A stretch of DNA of 64,000 bases from Gnetum montanum (taxonomy: Eukaryota; Plantae; Gnetophyta): assembly GCA_015680685.1 (NCBI GenBank), contig MNCI01001500.1, positions 1 through 64,000 of the forward strand, written 5' to 3'. The position numbers and the translations under genes are program-made. Below, one piece after another: positions 39,954 to 51,525 of the stretch (the stretch's first letter is position 1; the number at the start of each line of letters is the position of its first letter). The notes under the pieces are model-generated. The model saw only the letters and a list, made by a program, of their open reading frames with translations. It did no database searches and was not told where the DNA came from.

Positions 39954-42900
39954 CTAAGTGAGTGGGAAAAATGTAAACGCATAGGCTAGTGCAATGTAAA
40001 CAAAAGTCAAAAATGCATGGCAAGTGGAGGCAAAGGGTAGGCAGGCACCCACCGCATTTTTGGCTAAGGGAAAGTCTTGGTCATGTAGTTGCCTCCTAAC
40101 TGGGCATGGATTAGGGAATGTGCAAGGCTTAGGATCCTCTGGGAAGCTGTCGACTTCAACCACTCATTCAGGTGTGTTAGCCTTAATCGTTGCATTGGTT
40201 GTCGTAGATGTACCATTAAGAAAATCTTCTTCCAAAACTTGCACCATGTCTATATCATGGATAGTCGAAGAGAAAACATTATCACCATGGATGATAACTT
40301 GACCACCTTCGTATGGAAGGTAGATTTCTTGATGGATGGGAGAGGAGATGGCCCTTAGTTGAGCTAGCCAAGACCTATCTAGAATCATGTTGAAACCTGG
40401 CATCTCCTCTATGACAGTGAAATCTGCTCTAGTGGGGAATTTCTCTCCCACTACAAAGGCTAAGTTAATTGTACCCTTGACTATGACATGTGATCCATTG
40501 AAGGATTTTAGACATGTGGTTTTGGTTGGCCTGATTTCATCTACCAGGCCTAGCTTGTCGATGACAGAGTACAGGACTACGTTCATTGCTACACCATCGT
40601 CAACATGCACTCTGCAGATGGTGCACTGCCCAACACAAATGCTAATGGATAATGGAGCTATAGTGACTTCCCCTCATTTGGGGTTAACTTTCACTGCATC
40701 ATCACGAAATATTAAGGTTGTTGAACCCAATTCTTGTGGTGTGGAAGGCAACATTGTTGCATGAATGGATGCCTCATTTGCAAGGATGTCCTCCATAAGA
40801 GGAATGGAGGCTAAGACTTGGGCCAATGCTTGGCAGTGAGCAGGTGAGGTCCTGACCATGTCATACAAACTAATCGTTGTGTTCTTCTATTTTAGCGCTT
40901 GTTTTACTTGGGCTAGTGCAGCTATGAAATCCTTGTCATTAGCCATTGTATTGGCTTTGACTTCTTCCATGAAGCTTGAGAGACAGACCTCTCGGGAGGG
41001 GGACTTAGGCTTGGTTTGCTTGGGGGTAGGGGCTCCAGTGTTCAGTTGTTGTTTGCTAGTTATGGCCTTTGCTTCGGCCATGGGAGTTGCGAGGTGCTCA
41101 TTCATCCTCTGGTGTTCCCATTTGGTGGGCTTACCTAGGTTGTTAGTGGGGTCAACCCTTGAAGGAGGAGGGATTGAGATGTTGCCCAGTATTGGGCTTC
41201 AGGTAGGTGAGGGGCCATCACGTTGTGGCACCTTGATGACAAAAGGTTGCTTAGCAGTTTGTGTTGTTGCGTCATGCTAGTTTAATGTCTTAGCAAATGA
41301 ATCATGCCAATTTAACATCTTAACGGATGAGCTGTGCCAGTTTAATATCTTAGTAGATGAACATTGTGGAGCCTTGACCACAAAGGATGTTGTGGATGCC
41401 TGGGGTGGCACCTTGATAACAAAGGGAGGCCTCTTTTTTGTGGGTGGGGGAATCCTTGCCTTGCTGGGAGGCACATGGATCACAAAAGGATTTTTCACAG
41501 GTTTGGGTTTGCCACCTATGTTAATTGAGTTTATGACATAGGAGGCATCGTCTATGTTGGATTGACTTGCCATGTCAATCACTAGTTGACCTTGTTCTAT
41601 CATTCCCTGCAGGTCATCTTGCAAGGCACGACAGTTGTCTGTACTGTGACCAACCATTTGATGGTAATGACAGTATTGGTCCAATTTAAAATGTTGTGGT
41701 ACTGGGGGCTCATTTGGTACTGCTAAGGTGGGGTTCCTTAGTAGCTTGCAGTACTTATCATGTTTTTGGCGGGTAATCTCTGACACGTGTTTGTGTTGGA
41801 TTTTCCCGGATTTCAAGAGTTTCTCCAATAGTTTAGAGGGTTACATCGGTAATGGTGTATACTTTGAGCAATCCTTGCACTGAAAGTTGGGCTTTGGAGT
41901 GGCCCCTACTAATGTAGGTGAGTTGGCACCAAAGTTAATAGCTTTGTTAGCTGGGGCTTTAGGTTGCTTAGCTATTGAGCCCCATTTGGTTGCTTTTGTG
42001 ATTGTAGCTATTGTTGCCTTAGTTGTGTTTTGCTTGCGAGTATGTTGGTTTTTGTAGGCCACATAAGTTGGGTTATTACTTGATTGTGCTGCCTCTTCTA
42101 TGTCTTTAATTTGTACAAATTCCTAACTCAAAGTATGGGGTTTTAGATAATAGAGCTTTGATTTAATGAAGTCATTTATGGTTGCCTTAAGGATGGTAAG
42201 TAGATACGTTTTAGGAATAGGTTCATAAAGTTCATTCAGGGCAATGCTCCATCTTTGGATAAATTTCTATGCTGGCTCTAAAGGCGCTTGTTTAATTTGA
42301 ATCAAGCTATCTAACGTGGCTTTAGGTTTTAGATTGTATTTGAAATGAGTGACAAACTGGTGTAAAAAATCTTCCAAAGAAGATATAGAGCTACGGGGTA
42401 AGGCTCGGTACCAGTCTAAGGATCTTCCTATTAAGGACATAGCAAACATATGCAAAATTACATGGGGCCATGCCTGAACAAAAATACTTTCAGTTCGGAA
42501 TGTCACTAGGTGGATATTTGGGTCTCCCTCTCCATTGTACTTGGTTAGCTAAGGTAATGAGACTCCCTTTGGCAAGGTTAAGGGTGGAACTGAGGGATCA
42601 ATTGGGTCATCTTGATAGAAATCTAGTACTTTGACTTCCTCATTATTCAAAGTTTTAAGGCGTTTTAATTCCTTTGCCAAGGAGTGTATCATTTTTTGTG
42701 TGTCTACCCATTCTTGGGCGATAGGCAAACCAATGGATTGAGTGAATTGTGGATGATAATGATTTAATTGTTGCATTGTTTGTGAAAAGAGAGGTTGTTG
42801 GGATAACATTTGTTGTGGTGGAATGGTATTTGGGACTGAGACCACCGGTGGAACCCACTGCCCAACCACAGGTTGTGAGGTAACATCCTAAATGTGTTGG

Positions 42901-43561
42901 GTTGGAATAATCAATGGTGTTCCATGGATGTGGAAGCTGGTATGACTGATGACATTCCAATTACTTGAGTTCGAAAGATTGACCCTGCATTAGTTTGGGG
43001 AGGGAGTTGTTGGGACTGTACTTGTTGAGGAATGATGGAAGTGGACTCATCAGAATGAAAATTATTGGGTACAGAGAAGATAGGAATGGAAGTAGATACC
43101 TTTTGTCAGGAAATTGATGCTCGAGTGTTTGTGAATGAAGGAGGAAGCACAGTTTCTTCCAAGAAAGGGTGGAATAATGGGTTTGTGTAGGCATGGGGAC
43201 TAACAGTATGGTAGGAATCTCCATGTTTAGATTAGGTTGCAAAATCATCTTCCTCATCTTGAGGCTCTATTGGCAGTAGTTGTAAGGCTTGACTTCTAAC
43301 CATAAGAAGCTGGGATATGAGTTTATGATGGTGTTTAGACAATGAGATTATATCAAATGCTGAAGGGATGAACTCACGACCTCCTTTGTGGACAAGTTCA
43401 TAGTCTCGTTTCACTTCCCTTTCCACACGATCGATAGGCAAGTTGGCTTGGATTTTTACACAAATGAAGTTATATTGTTCAAGGCATAGTGTGGCTCACT
43501 TTGGTTGGATTATGGTATCAAACATGTTAGAAATTGATGTAGAAGGTTGATCTGGATTCAT
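39954..43561 (-). pseudogene. gag: gag-protease polyprotein of Y (~1200 codons, several stops, one frameshift)
   Basis: Eight ORF-track pieces from 42869 to 39954 share one frame. They contain KYNGEGDPNIHL, MFAMSLIGRSLDWYRALPRSSISS, the Tat-type knuckle YCHYHQMVGHSTDNC and protease VHVDDGVAMNV...FNMILDRSWL. Confidence 0.95.
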
Positions 43562-43867
43562 ATTCACAAATTGGGTTGTGAAAGTTGATATTTGTAGAAA
43601 ATGGCTAACTTTGAAAACGAAAAAAATAAAAAATAAATAAATAAATAATAATTAAAAAGTTGACTAAATCTACCAGTATCAAGAAGATGGATAAGTGTGA
43701 AAATGCAGGGAAAAAATGCTAAGTGTGAAAACTACTAAAAATGGCCAACTCTAGTGCTACACTCGCTACACTAGAGCTTGCTATGCTCTGAGAATTTGTT
43801 ATGCTCTCTAGAACATCCAGATTTTTAACTAAGTGCTAATCAAAAATGTAAACAGAAATGGTTCATG

Positions 43868-43884
43868 CCCTCCTTCTAGCACCA
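43868..43884 (-). promoter_or_regulatory. Primer-binding site, tRNA-Asn
   Basis: The plus strand CCCTCCTTCTAGCACCA matches the plant tRNA-Asn(GTT) 3' end CCCTCCTTCTAGCGCCA (recalled) with one CpG transition, 5 nt from the LTR. Confidence 0.85.
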
Positions 43885-43889
43885 AAAAC

Positions 43890-45349
43890 TGTACTGACCT
43901 AAATCATCGGTGTAAGGCTGGAAGGGAAAAAACACCGAGAGATCATCGAGCATGCACAGCTGACCCTGCCTTCACTTGAGGGCAAGCTGGAAAAGGGAAC
44001 GAAGGTAGAGTGCCTTGGATGGTCTACATGCAAATCAACTAAGGACTTCCCTGAGCGTAAGCTATGGCTAGCGTTGGGGTTATTGTAAATGGGATAAATG
44101 GGATGTAAACAAAATTCAAACAGTGACACGAAATGTAAACAGAGCATACCAAATTATAAATAAAGTGTAAACAGAGCTATATTATAAACAAAAATGTAAA
44201 TAGAACTGAACAATGTAAATGGAAGGAAATGAACTGTACTGTATTATTTAATAAAAAAGGTATGCAGTAGTCAAAGTGTAGCTACACGTGTGGATGGTAG
44301 GTCAAGCACTAAGCCCCAGGATGATTTCTGAAGTGATGTGATGAATGTGAGAAATGCTTGGATGCCAATAGTCAAGTGTGCCAAGCACCCAAGGATTATA
44401 GGTTCTGCACTTTCTCAGAATTACCAATGTCTCCAATTGCCCCCCAATTTTTTTTGCCTCCTAGTTTATGTGAATTGAAAGGGTATTTATAGGGTTGGGC
44501 CGGGCTCGGGCACGAAATCGAAGAATGGAATCAACGGCTGTGAGATGAGAGGAAAGCAGATCTAGGGACATGTGTCCCATGGATAGTTGGCACGAGTTGG
44601 ATGTATGTTGGATAGTTGCATTCTTGACTAGGTTCAATGTATCTATGTTGGATAGTTGTGCACGAGTTGGATGTGTGTTAGATAGTTGCATTCTTTGACC
44701 AGGTTCAATGTATCTGTGTTGGATAGTTGTGCACAAGTTGGATGTGTGTTGGCAAGCTACATTCTTGACCAAGTACATTGCATTTTATAATTTATGGATT
44801 ATTTAAGACCATGAAAGTATATTTAATTTAGACCATGATGGCTTGACAAGCCCTCAAATGGGGATTTATAATGAAATGTATAACAAGATAAATTTGACTG
44901 CCCAGCGTGACCTGTAGTGTGACCTGCAGTATGACCTCCAAAACTTGCAATTTTGAGCTGAAATATGGAATTTCTAAAGGCTAGGACCCATAGTTATCAA
45001 TAGTGGAACCTGAGGATGACTTGCACCCTTGAAATCAAGTCATTTTATCTTAGTTTTGGGGCTCTAAAAGTTGGTGACGCTGATCCTTACATTGTGCAGC
45101 ATCTAAAAAAGTAACCCCAGCATACTTAGCCAAAACCAAATATTTTGAACCTAAAACTTTTGATTTTGGATGCTGGAAGTTGGTGCAGTTGCTTTTGTGC
45201 CCCAAGGGAACCTTGCCTATTGAATCATGGGCCATCAGGGGCTATTTCATAGGCCTCCAAGTTTGTTCATGTTGTACTCATGTTGGGCAGCAACATGACT
45301 TAGCTTGATTCTTCTCTAAAAGTGCTAGGCCAAAATTAGTGGTGTTTCA
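43890..45349 (-). repeat. 5' LTR of Y (1460 bp), with two extra ~70-bp units at 44590-44750
   Basis: Direct repeat of 36837-38154; the length difference is 142 bp. Confidence 0.95.
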
Positions 45350-47049
45350 ACTACAACATTAGTTTTTTATGGTGTTTCATCAACCCCTCTTTTTTGGTAT
45401 CTTGAAGATTGACTTGAGAGGCACTAACAAAGAATGNATTCTTCATTGGCCATTCAGCTTCTTGGCAATTTACTTCCCCACTTTTTTGGGGGTAAAACCT
45501 TTATTGGGTTTCTTTGTCAAGGATGATCTGATTGTGGTTTTCAATCAAATGAGATGTATTATGCTTAATGGACTTAATGGAGGAGCATGATGAAGGGATG
45601 TCATATGGAAATAATGCACAAGTGTTAGACATTGATCATTAATGCTTAGGGTAAGGAAGGTCATTATCATGCTACAAGATTAGGTTCAAGGAGACGGTAA
45701 TAGGGTGAGATGAACAAGCACTCTTGGTATAGCAAGACAAACTCATTGAATCTTACACATTGAGGTCACATGGTGACTTACTGCCATGATGATTTGTACC
45801 TTCATGATGACTTCCAAGATTCATCCTACAAGCACAACTCCAAGAGGACTAGAAAACCAAGCAAAGAAATCATGTTATTACAATATGATGCATAGGGCTA
45901 CATGAGACATCCAAAAAACCAAGCCACAATAGTTTACCATCATTACAGCATAGGGAAATCTATGTGATGTACATGATATTTACAAAGTTTTGTAGTTCAT
46001 TCATTATGCCAAACAAGGAGAGAGAGATAGAGCATGCAAGATCACTTGTTATAGATCATCAAAGTCATCAACATTAGTCATTTGTTGCAACTTGTCAATA
46101 ATGATAAACAACACTACAAGAAAACATGTGAGTGTTAGACATAATCAAGGCTATGTGATGGATTTAATGTTGCATTATAAGAGTTTGATGAAGTTATGAG
46201 TAAGCTTAATTCTTGGTGAGGGACTTGGTTCCATGTGATTTCTTCTCACCATTGTGGTCTAGATGGGAATTTCGACTAAGGGTCCCTCTTTGATGTTTCT
46301 AGCTTTGAGGTCTATGGTCATTAGGCTACCTTAGGGTGTTATGGCTACATAGTAGACTGGTTTTATGCTTAAGGTTTTATGCACATAAGGTCAACTTGGT
46401 CTAACAACATCACAAAAGGGATTTATTTAGGTTTTAAGACTAGTCAAGTTTACTGTCTCATCCTCTTAGCTTCATCTTGCATGAAAACATAAGCACATCA
46501 AGTGGAACCTGTTTAATAAAATTGTTAAATAATGTAAAAATACATTAATAATAATGCTTATTGAGCCAAAAAAACACATTAACTTAAAGGACAAATGAGT
46601 TTCAAAGATGGTCAACAAACATTATAATAGGTGGGTTAGGGCAAATAGGGTGTAATATAAGGGCCAAATGATGTATGATAGGGTCAAATGAAGGCCAAAT
46701 GATAGTCAAAACCATATAAAATGGTGTTAAATAGCATCAATTAACACTATGTTGATGTCAAATGATGGCAATTAATGTAAAATCAAGTCAACCAAGGTTT
46801 AAGCAAGGCCAATTTTAGGCCTTAGTAGGCCATGTTGCTAATTTAAGGCCTTGGTAGGTCATGTTAGGAAGCTTATTTAGCTAGGCAAGGTTACTATGAG
46901 GCAAAACCAAGGTGAGACTTGGCAAAACAAGGTAAAATAAAGTGTTAACACAGTAAAGACAAGAAAAGATTAAGTAAAAATAGAATAAAATAGGGCAAAC
47001 TAGGTGACACAAGGTAAAATATTATTAAATTTAATATATTTTTAATAAT

Positions 47050-47145
47050 NNNNNNNNNNNNNNNNNNNNNNNNNNNNNNNNNNNNNNNNNNNNNNNNNNN
47101 NNNNNNNNNNNNNNNNNNNNNNNNNNNNNNNNNNNNNNNNNNNNN
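47050..47145. other. Assembly gap
   Basis: Run of 96 N. Confidence 1.
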
Positions 47146-49339
47146 NTATGTTTAAAAAATGGTTGAAGGATTTTTTATTATCTTTTAGTCAACCCCACTA
47201 AGCCATGCTAGCCAATGTGGCCCTAGCATAGGTGGAGGGGGTGGGATGACTGCAAAAAAATATTTTTTTATAGCAATGGTAGGACAACAAAATGTTGGTA
47301 GCAGAGGTGCATGAGGATCATAGGGCAGTGGAATAGCTACGACAACACAATGATGGCGAGGTAGGAGATAGAAGCATATGGTGGCTGTGGTGTGCAATAA
47401 GGAATAGGAATGGTACAACTGCATGAAAGTAGTAAGGTTTACTTTCATGGCCTATGTTGGTGCTACAACATGAAAATACAGGTCAAAGGGCACATGATGT
47501 AGCATGACAAGAAAAACACATGCAGTAGTAGAGTAGTGGAATGGTGGAGCAAAGTGGATGGACAAGTGAACATAGTGGTGCTAAGTTTCAATGGTGGTAG
47601 CAGTTGAGTGGTGTTGTGTGGGCATGCGGTGCAACATAGATAAAGTTGAGGGTGAGAGGATGGATAGTGCAAGAGCTATTAGGGCAAGGCAGGCGAGGCC
47701 ATTGGCAAGGAATCCAGTGCAACAAGAGCATGATAATAGAGTTTTTGTAATGGGTTGACTATAGCACCAGTAGTCTTACATGACCTTGTTGTGGGGCTGG
47801 ACAATCTCCTTCCAAGGTCTCATGCTATCGAATGGGTTTTGACTATAGAAGGATAATGAAGGAGGAAGCAATGATGGCCATATGGGTTCCTTGTAGCAGC
47901 CTTCTATTGTAGCCTATTATTATGGCTAGCACTACTAGCCAATGCTACAATCAGCCATAGTGGCTATTGGCCATACCCTAAGGGTTAGGGCCTAAGCCTT
48001 TTTTTAAATTTTTATTTTCTTCATGTATATATATATAGAATAATGATGCTATATCATGATTTAATACTATAAAATCACTAATTGCAATTACAGAAATGAG
48101 ATCCACAAATGCTTACTTTGATAGGTTATTTGTTCCATAAAACTAGATCCCTAGTACTGAAGCAAGTAATTCTATGCATGTCTATTCTTGTGCATGTGTT
48201 TTTCCTTGAAATGAGGGTATGTTCTCCAAATTGATAGTCAAACCACTTTGCAATAAAACTAACTACCAACTAACTGCAAAACATATGGAATGAAAATTTT
48301 TCTAAATGAATTTCTTGCTCATAAGTAAGTTTTAGCTTACAATTCTTGTCCATTATAGGGCTTGCACAATCCTCTAATGGACCTACATGGCCTAGGCATG
48401 CTTGGTTAGCTTGCAAAAGGAAAAAAATTGGTTGCATTTTATGCATAACAAAAGAAACATAGATCATGGTATGGAAGGGACCATAGAGGAAGGCCTTTCT
48501 ATTGTTGTGTTAAATTAGTTACACTTACATTACAATGCCATGTCTCACCTTGTTGTATCATTTAATGTAAATGAAATTATAAATGAGTTTAATGATGTTT
48601 ATTCTCCATCATGAGCTACTTTCAAAATAACAAAAACTAGCTTGAAATCTTCTACAATCATGTCATTGCTAATCTTTAAAACTATGCATCAACAAGATGG
48701 TAGTGAAGCATCTCCTTAATTATCATTTCAATAGCTATGATGTCTTTGGATAATAATTATAGGGGCTATTCACCCTTAATACATTGGTCAATTTATCCAA
48801 ACTTACCATTGCTTTTTCCACATTGTTGAATGCTAAATAACATCAACATGCATCTTGGCTAACTTATAATTTGGTTGCCTTGTCAAAATTGTTAACTTTT
48901 AATACTTTTTCAGTTTTTAGGTTGTTTCATAATTTAATGGTTATATTTGTGGCTATCCCTAGCACTAATGGTTGCACATTTTTGATGTTCGTAGGCCCTA
49001 AGTTATGACAATGATTAGTTATGATGTAGATGATGACCTTTCTTCTCCCCCACCCTATGGCTTAACTTTGACTACTATGGGACCAATTACATCTTACTAT
49101 GCTTTTCTTTCTTGTTGTTATAGTTTTTTTCATTTGAATATAGAGGTCATAATGATCATGTATTGTTCATGCAGTTGTATGTTGCATAGTGAAACCATGG
49201 CCATAGATATATGGACATTTGGGTATTCTTTGATTGTTCTCCCACAGTGTGATCACAACTACTATTATAGCTTTATAAACCTAAATGGTAGATGTAAAAA
49301 GGCTATAAAATGAAATTGGTAAGTAAAAACATGTTGTAA

Positions 49340-50103
49340 TGATAATTGTAAAGCCTATAATTGCATCCTATGAAATTGGGATTAAACTTTCAATTGAACA
49401 ATGCCCAAAGACAAGTGATGAAAAAGAGCTCATGATAAAAATTCCATATGCTAGTGCTATCAATAGTTTAATGTATGCAGTGGTCTCTACTAGACCTAAT
49501 ATTACTTACATTATTGAAAAACTTAGCAGGTATATGTCTAATCCAAGGAAACAACACGGGATTATGGAGAAGTGAACCTTCCAATATCTTTGTGGTACTT
49601 CAAATTATGGAATCTATTATAAAAATGATTCCAATGGACTTCATGGCTTTGTTGATGCAAATTAGGGTGGTGATATTGTTTGTAGAAAATATACTAGTGG
49701 ATATGTGTTTAATATTTTTGGTGGTGCTGTTTTTTGGAAAAATAAGAAATAATCTTGTGTTGCTTAGTCTACCACTAAAGCTGAATATGTTGTTGCTAAC
49801 TTAGCATGCAAAGAGGCTATATGGATTCAATGGCTAATAGCTAAACTTGGCATCACTAATACTCCCATTAATATTCTCTATGATAGTGAAAGTGCCATAA
49901 GCATATCCAAGAATCCAACCTTTCATGCCCAAACAAAGCACATTGAAATACAGTATCACTATATATGAAAGGAAATTAAAATGCAAAGGATTCTTCTAAA
50001 TAAAATTTCAATTGAAGAAAATCATGGAGATGTACTCACCAAGTCAACTCCTATTGAAAATTTTCTCTAGTGTTGATCAACATGTGGTCTTCTTCTGACC
50101 TGA
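49340..50103 (+). pseudogene. Ty1/copia (Tork/Tnt1-like) RT C-terminus and RNase H
   Basis: KLSIEQCPKT, IPYASAINSLMYAVVSTRPNI, LSRYMSNP, GFVDAN*GGD, TSGYVF, STTKAEY, YDSESAI, KNPTFHAQTKHIEIQYHYI and GDVLTK. Confidence 0.95.
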
Positions 50104-50161
50104 TTTCCTAAAAATGGTTTGGACCATTTTTCAAAGCAACTTTACCTTTAAGCGGAAGAAT

Positions 50162-50577
50162 TGTGAGCTAGATAAAGGCAAATCTACCTTGATTTTCTTC
50201 AAACATTTCCACCTTACCTTATTATATTTTTATTTGTATCTATGTTATAATTGGTCCCATACCTATCCCCACAAAAATAAACTACCTTATCCCTTTCTAA
50301 TGTTGGGTTCCATGACAATATATAAGGAGTTCAAAGGGAGCATTCAAAGCACTACATTCTTTCAAAGCATAAGCTTGGGAATAATCTCCCTTCCTTTGTA
50401 AATTCCCCTAGAGCTTCAATATTTTGAAGTTGTGCTACTAATAGTCTAGAGCTTATTTTTTTCTAGAGTTCTTCACCTTGAAGGTTTTCCCTAGAGTAAC
50501 TCTATGTCTTTTGTATTTTCTACAATTTTCTTTATTTAAATTTAATATAATATTGGTGTAAGCAATTGGGAATAACA
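50162..50577 (+). repeat. 3' LTR of the copia remnant
   Basis: Degenerate PPT aagcggaagaat, then TGTGAG...ATAACA, with an internal TATATAA at ~50319. Confidence 0.7.
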
Positions 50578-51525
50578 ACCTTAACTTGGCCTTTATGAAT
50601 ATGGAAATAAAAATGTTTAATTACATATTTTGTGACATCACTTTTTATTAAAACATTGTAAATGAGGTGTAGGAATCTTTCCAACAACCATCCTAGATTT
50701 CAAAGGCTTTAATTTTATTCCATGAAAAGTTCTCCTTTATGCTAACTACTTTGTGTATTTTACCTTCCTTTTAGTAGTCATATTTTTAACATTCTTCTAA
50801 TTGCTTCACTCATTAACTCTCATTCTATTTCATCATTAGTCTTCTTTATTACACATCTTATTCAATACTAAGAACTCATGGATCAAACAGCATTCATTCA
50901 TTCTATTAATTATACCTTACATTACCTAATCCACTACACCATGTTCCACTTCCTTATCATCATTATTTTAAATCTCACAATAGTATAATCATTAAATCTA
51001 AATGCACCCTGACTTTTGATGTGACAATGGTGACTTTGACAATGACTGTGAAAAGCATTGGTAATATTGGAAGACTCAAAAATTATTCTACTCATCTACT
51101 CCATCACCCATGTTCAATGCCAATAAACTTCCACACACCATCATCAGTGGTAACCTTCCATTTGAAAGCATAAAATCTTTTCTATAACTAATGGTACAAC
51201 CTTAATTTATGCCCTTGCCGCCTCCATCACTACCATAACTATGGTCTCTATAAGGTTGTTTAGCATGATCATTTTTACCAAGAAGGTTTTTTTTAACAAC
51301 TGCTTAAATTTAAATTATAGTACCATCTTACTAGGCTTGTTTAAAGAGACAAAAGCTAAGGGTGTCTCTACTCTGAATGTCTAAATCTAGGTAAAAGTAA
51401 TGACCAATCTAAATATCATAGAATAAATATGTATTAGATGACTAAAAAATTAATAATAAGAATATATATATGTTTTATAAATTTCCTAAAAGAGTAAATG
51501 AATCTAAAATAAATAATAACAAAGT

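Larger units (their letters stand above)
36837..45349 (-). mobile_element. Element Y: structurally complete, non-autonomous gag-protease-only Tat-lineage LTR retrotransposon (8.5 kb)
   Basis: LTRs 36837-38154 and 43890-45349 (TG...CA), 5-bp TSD gctac/actac, PBS and PPT present, gag-PR present, no RT/RH/INT sequence. Confidence 0.95.
35355..47049 (-). mobile_element. Tat/Ogre-like element C (pol deleted, no antisense cassette visible), inserted in B; its 3' LTR is split by Y; runs into an assembly gap
   Basis: LTR 35355-36836 plus 45355-45379 (TGTAAC...GTGTTTCA), PPT-like 45380-45393, 3' region homologous to 21950-22430, pre-RT remnant 46147-46480. Confidence 0.85.

Noticed and set aside
40024-41280. 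Plus-strand ORFs of 89-140 aa
   Set aside because: They are antisense shadows of the gag-protease frame with no independent coding signal.
48580-48810. Possible RT N-terminal remnant on the minus strand (DIIAIEMIIKEML)
   Set aside because: The resemblance is short, needs frameshifts, and no downstream RT motifs follow.
50950-51250. Possible MULE/FAR1-like fragment on the minus strand (KWKVTTDDGVWKFIGIEHG)
   Set aside because: It is too short, and I found no supporting motifs or terminal repeats.
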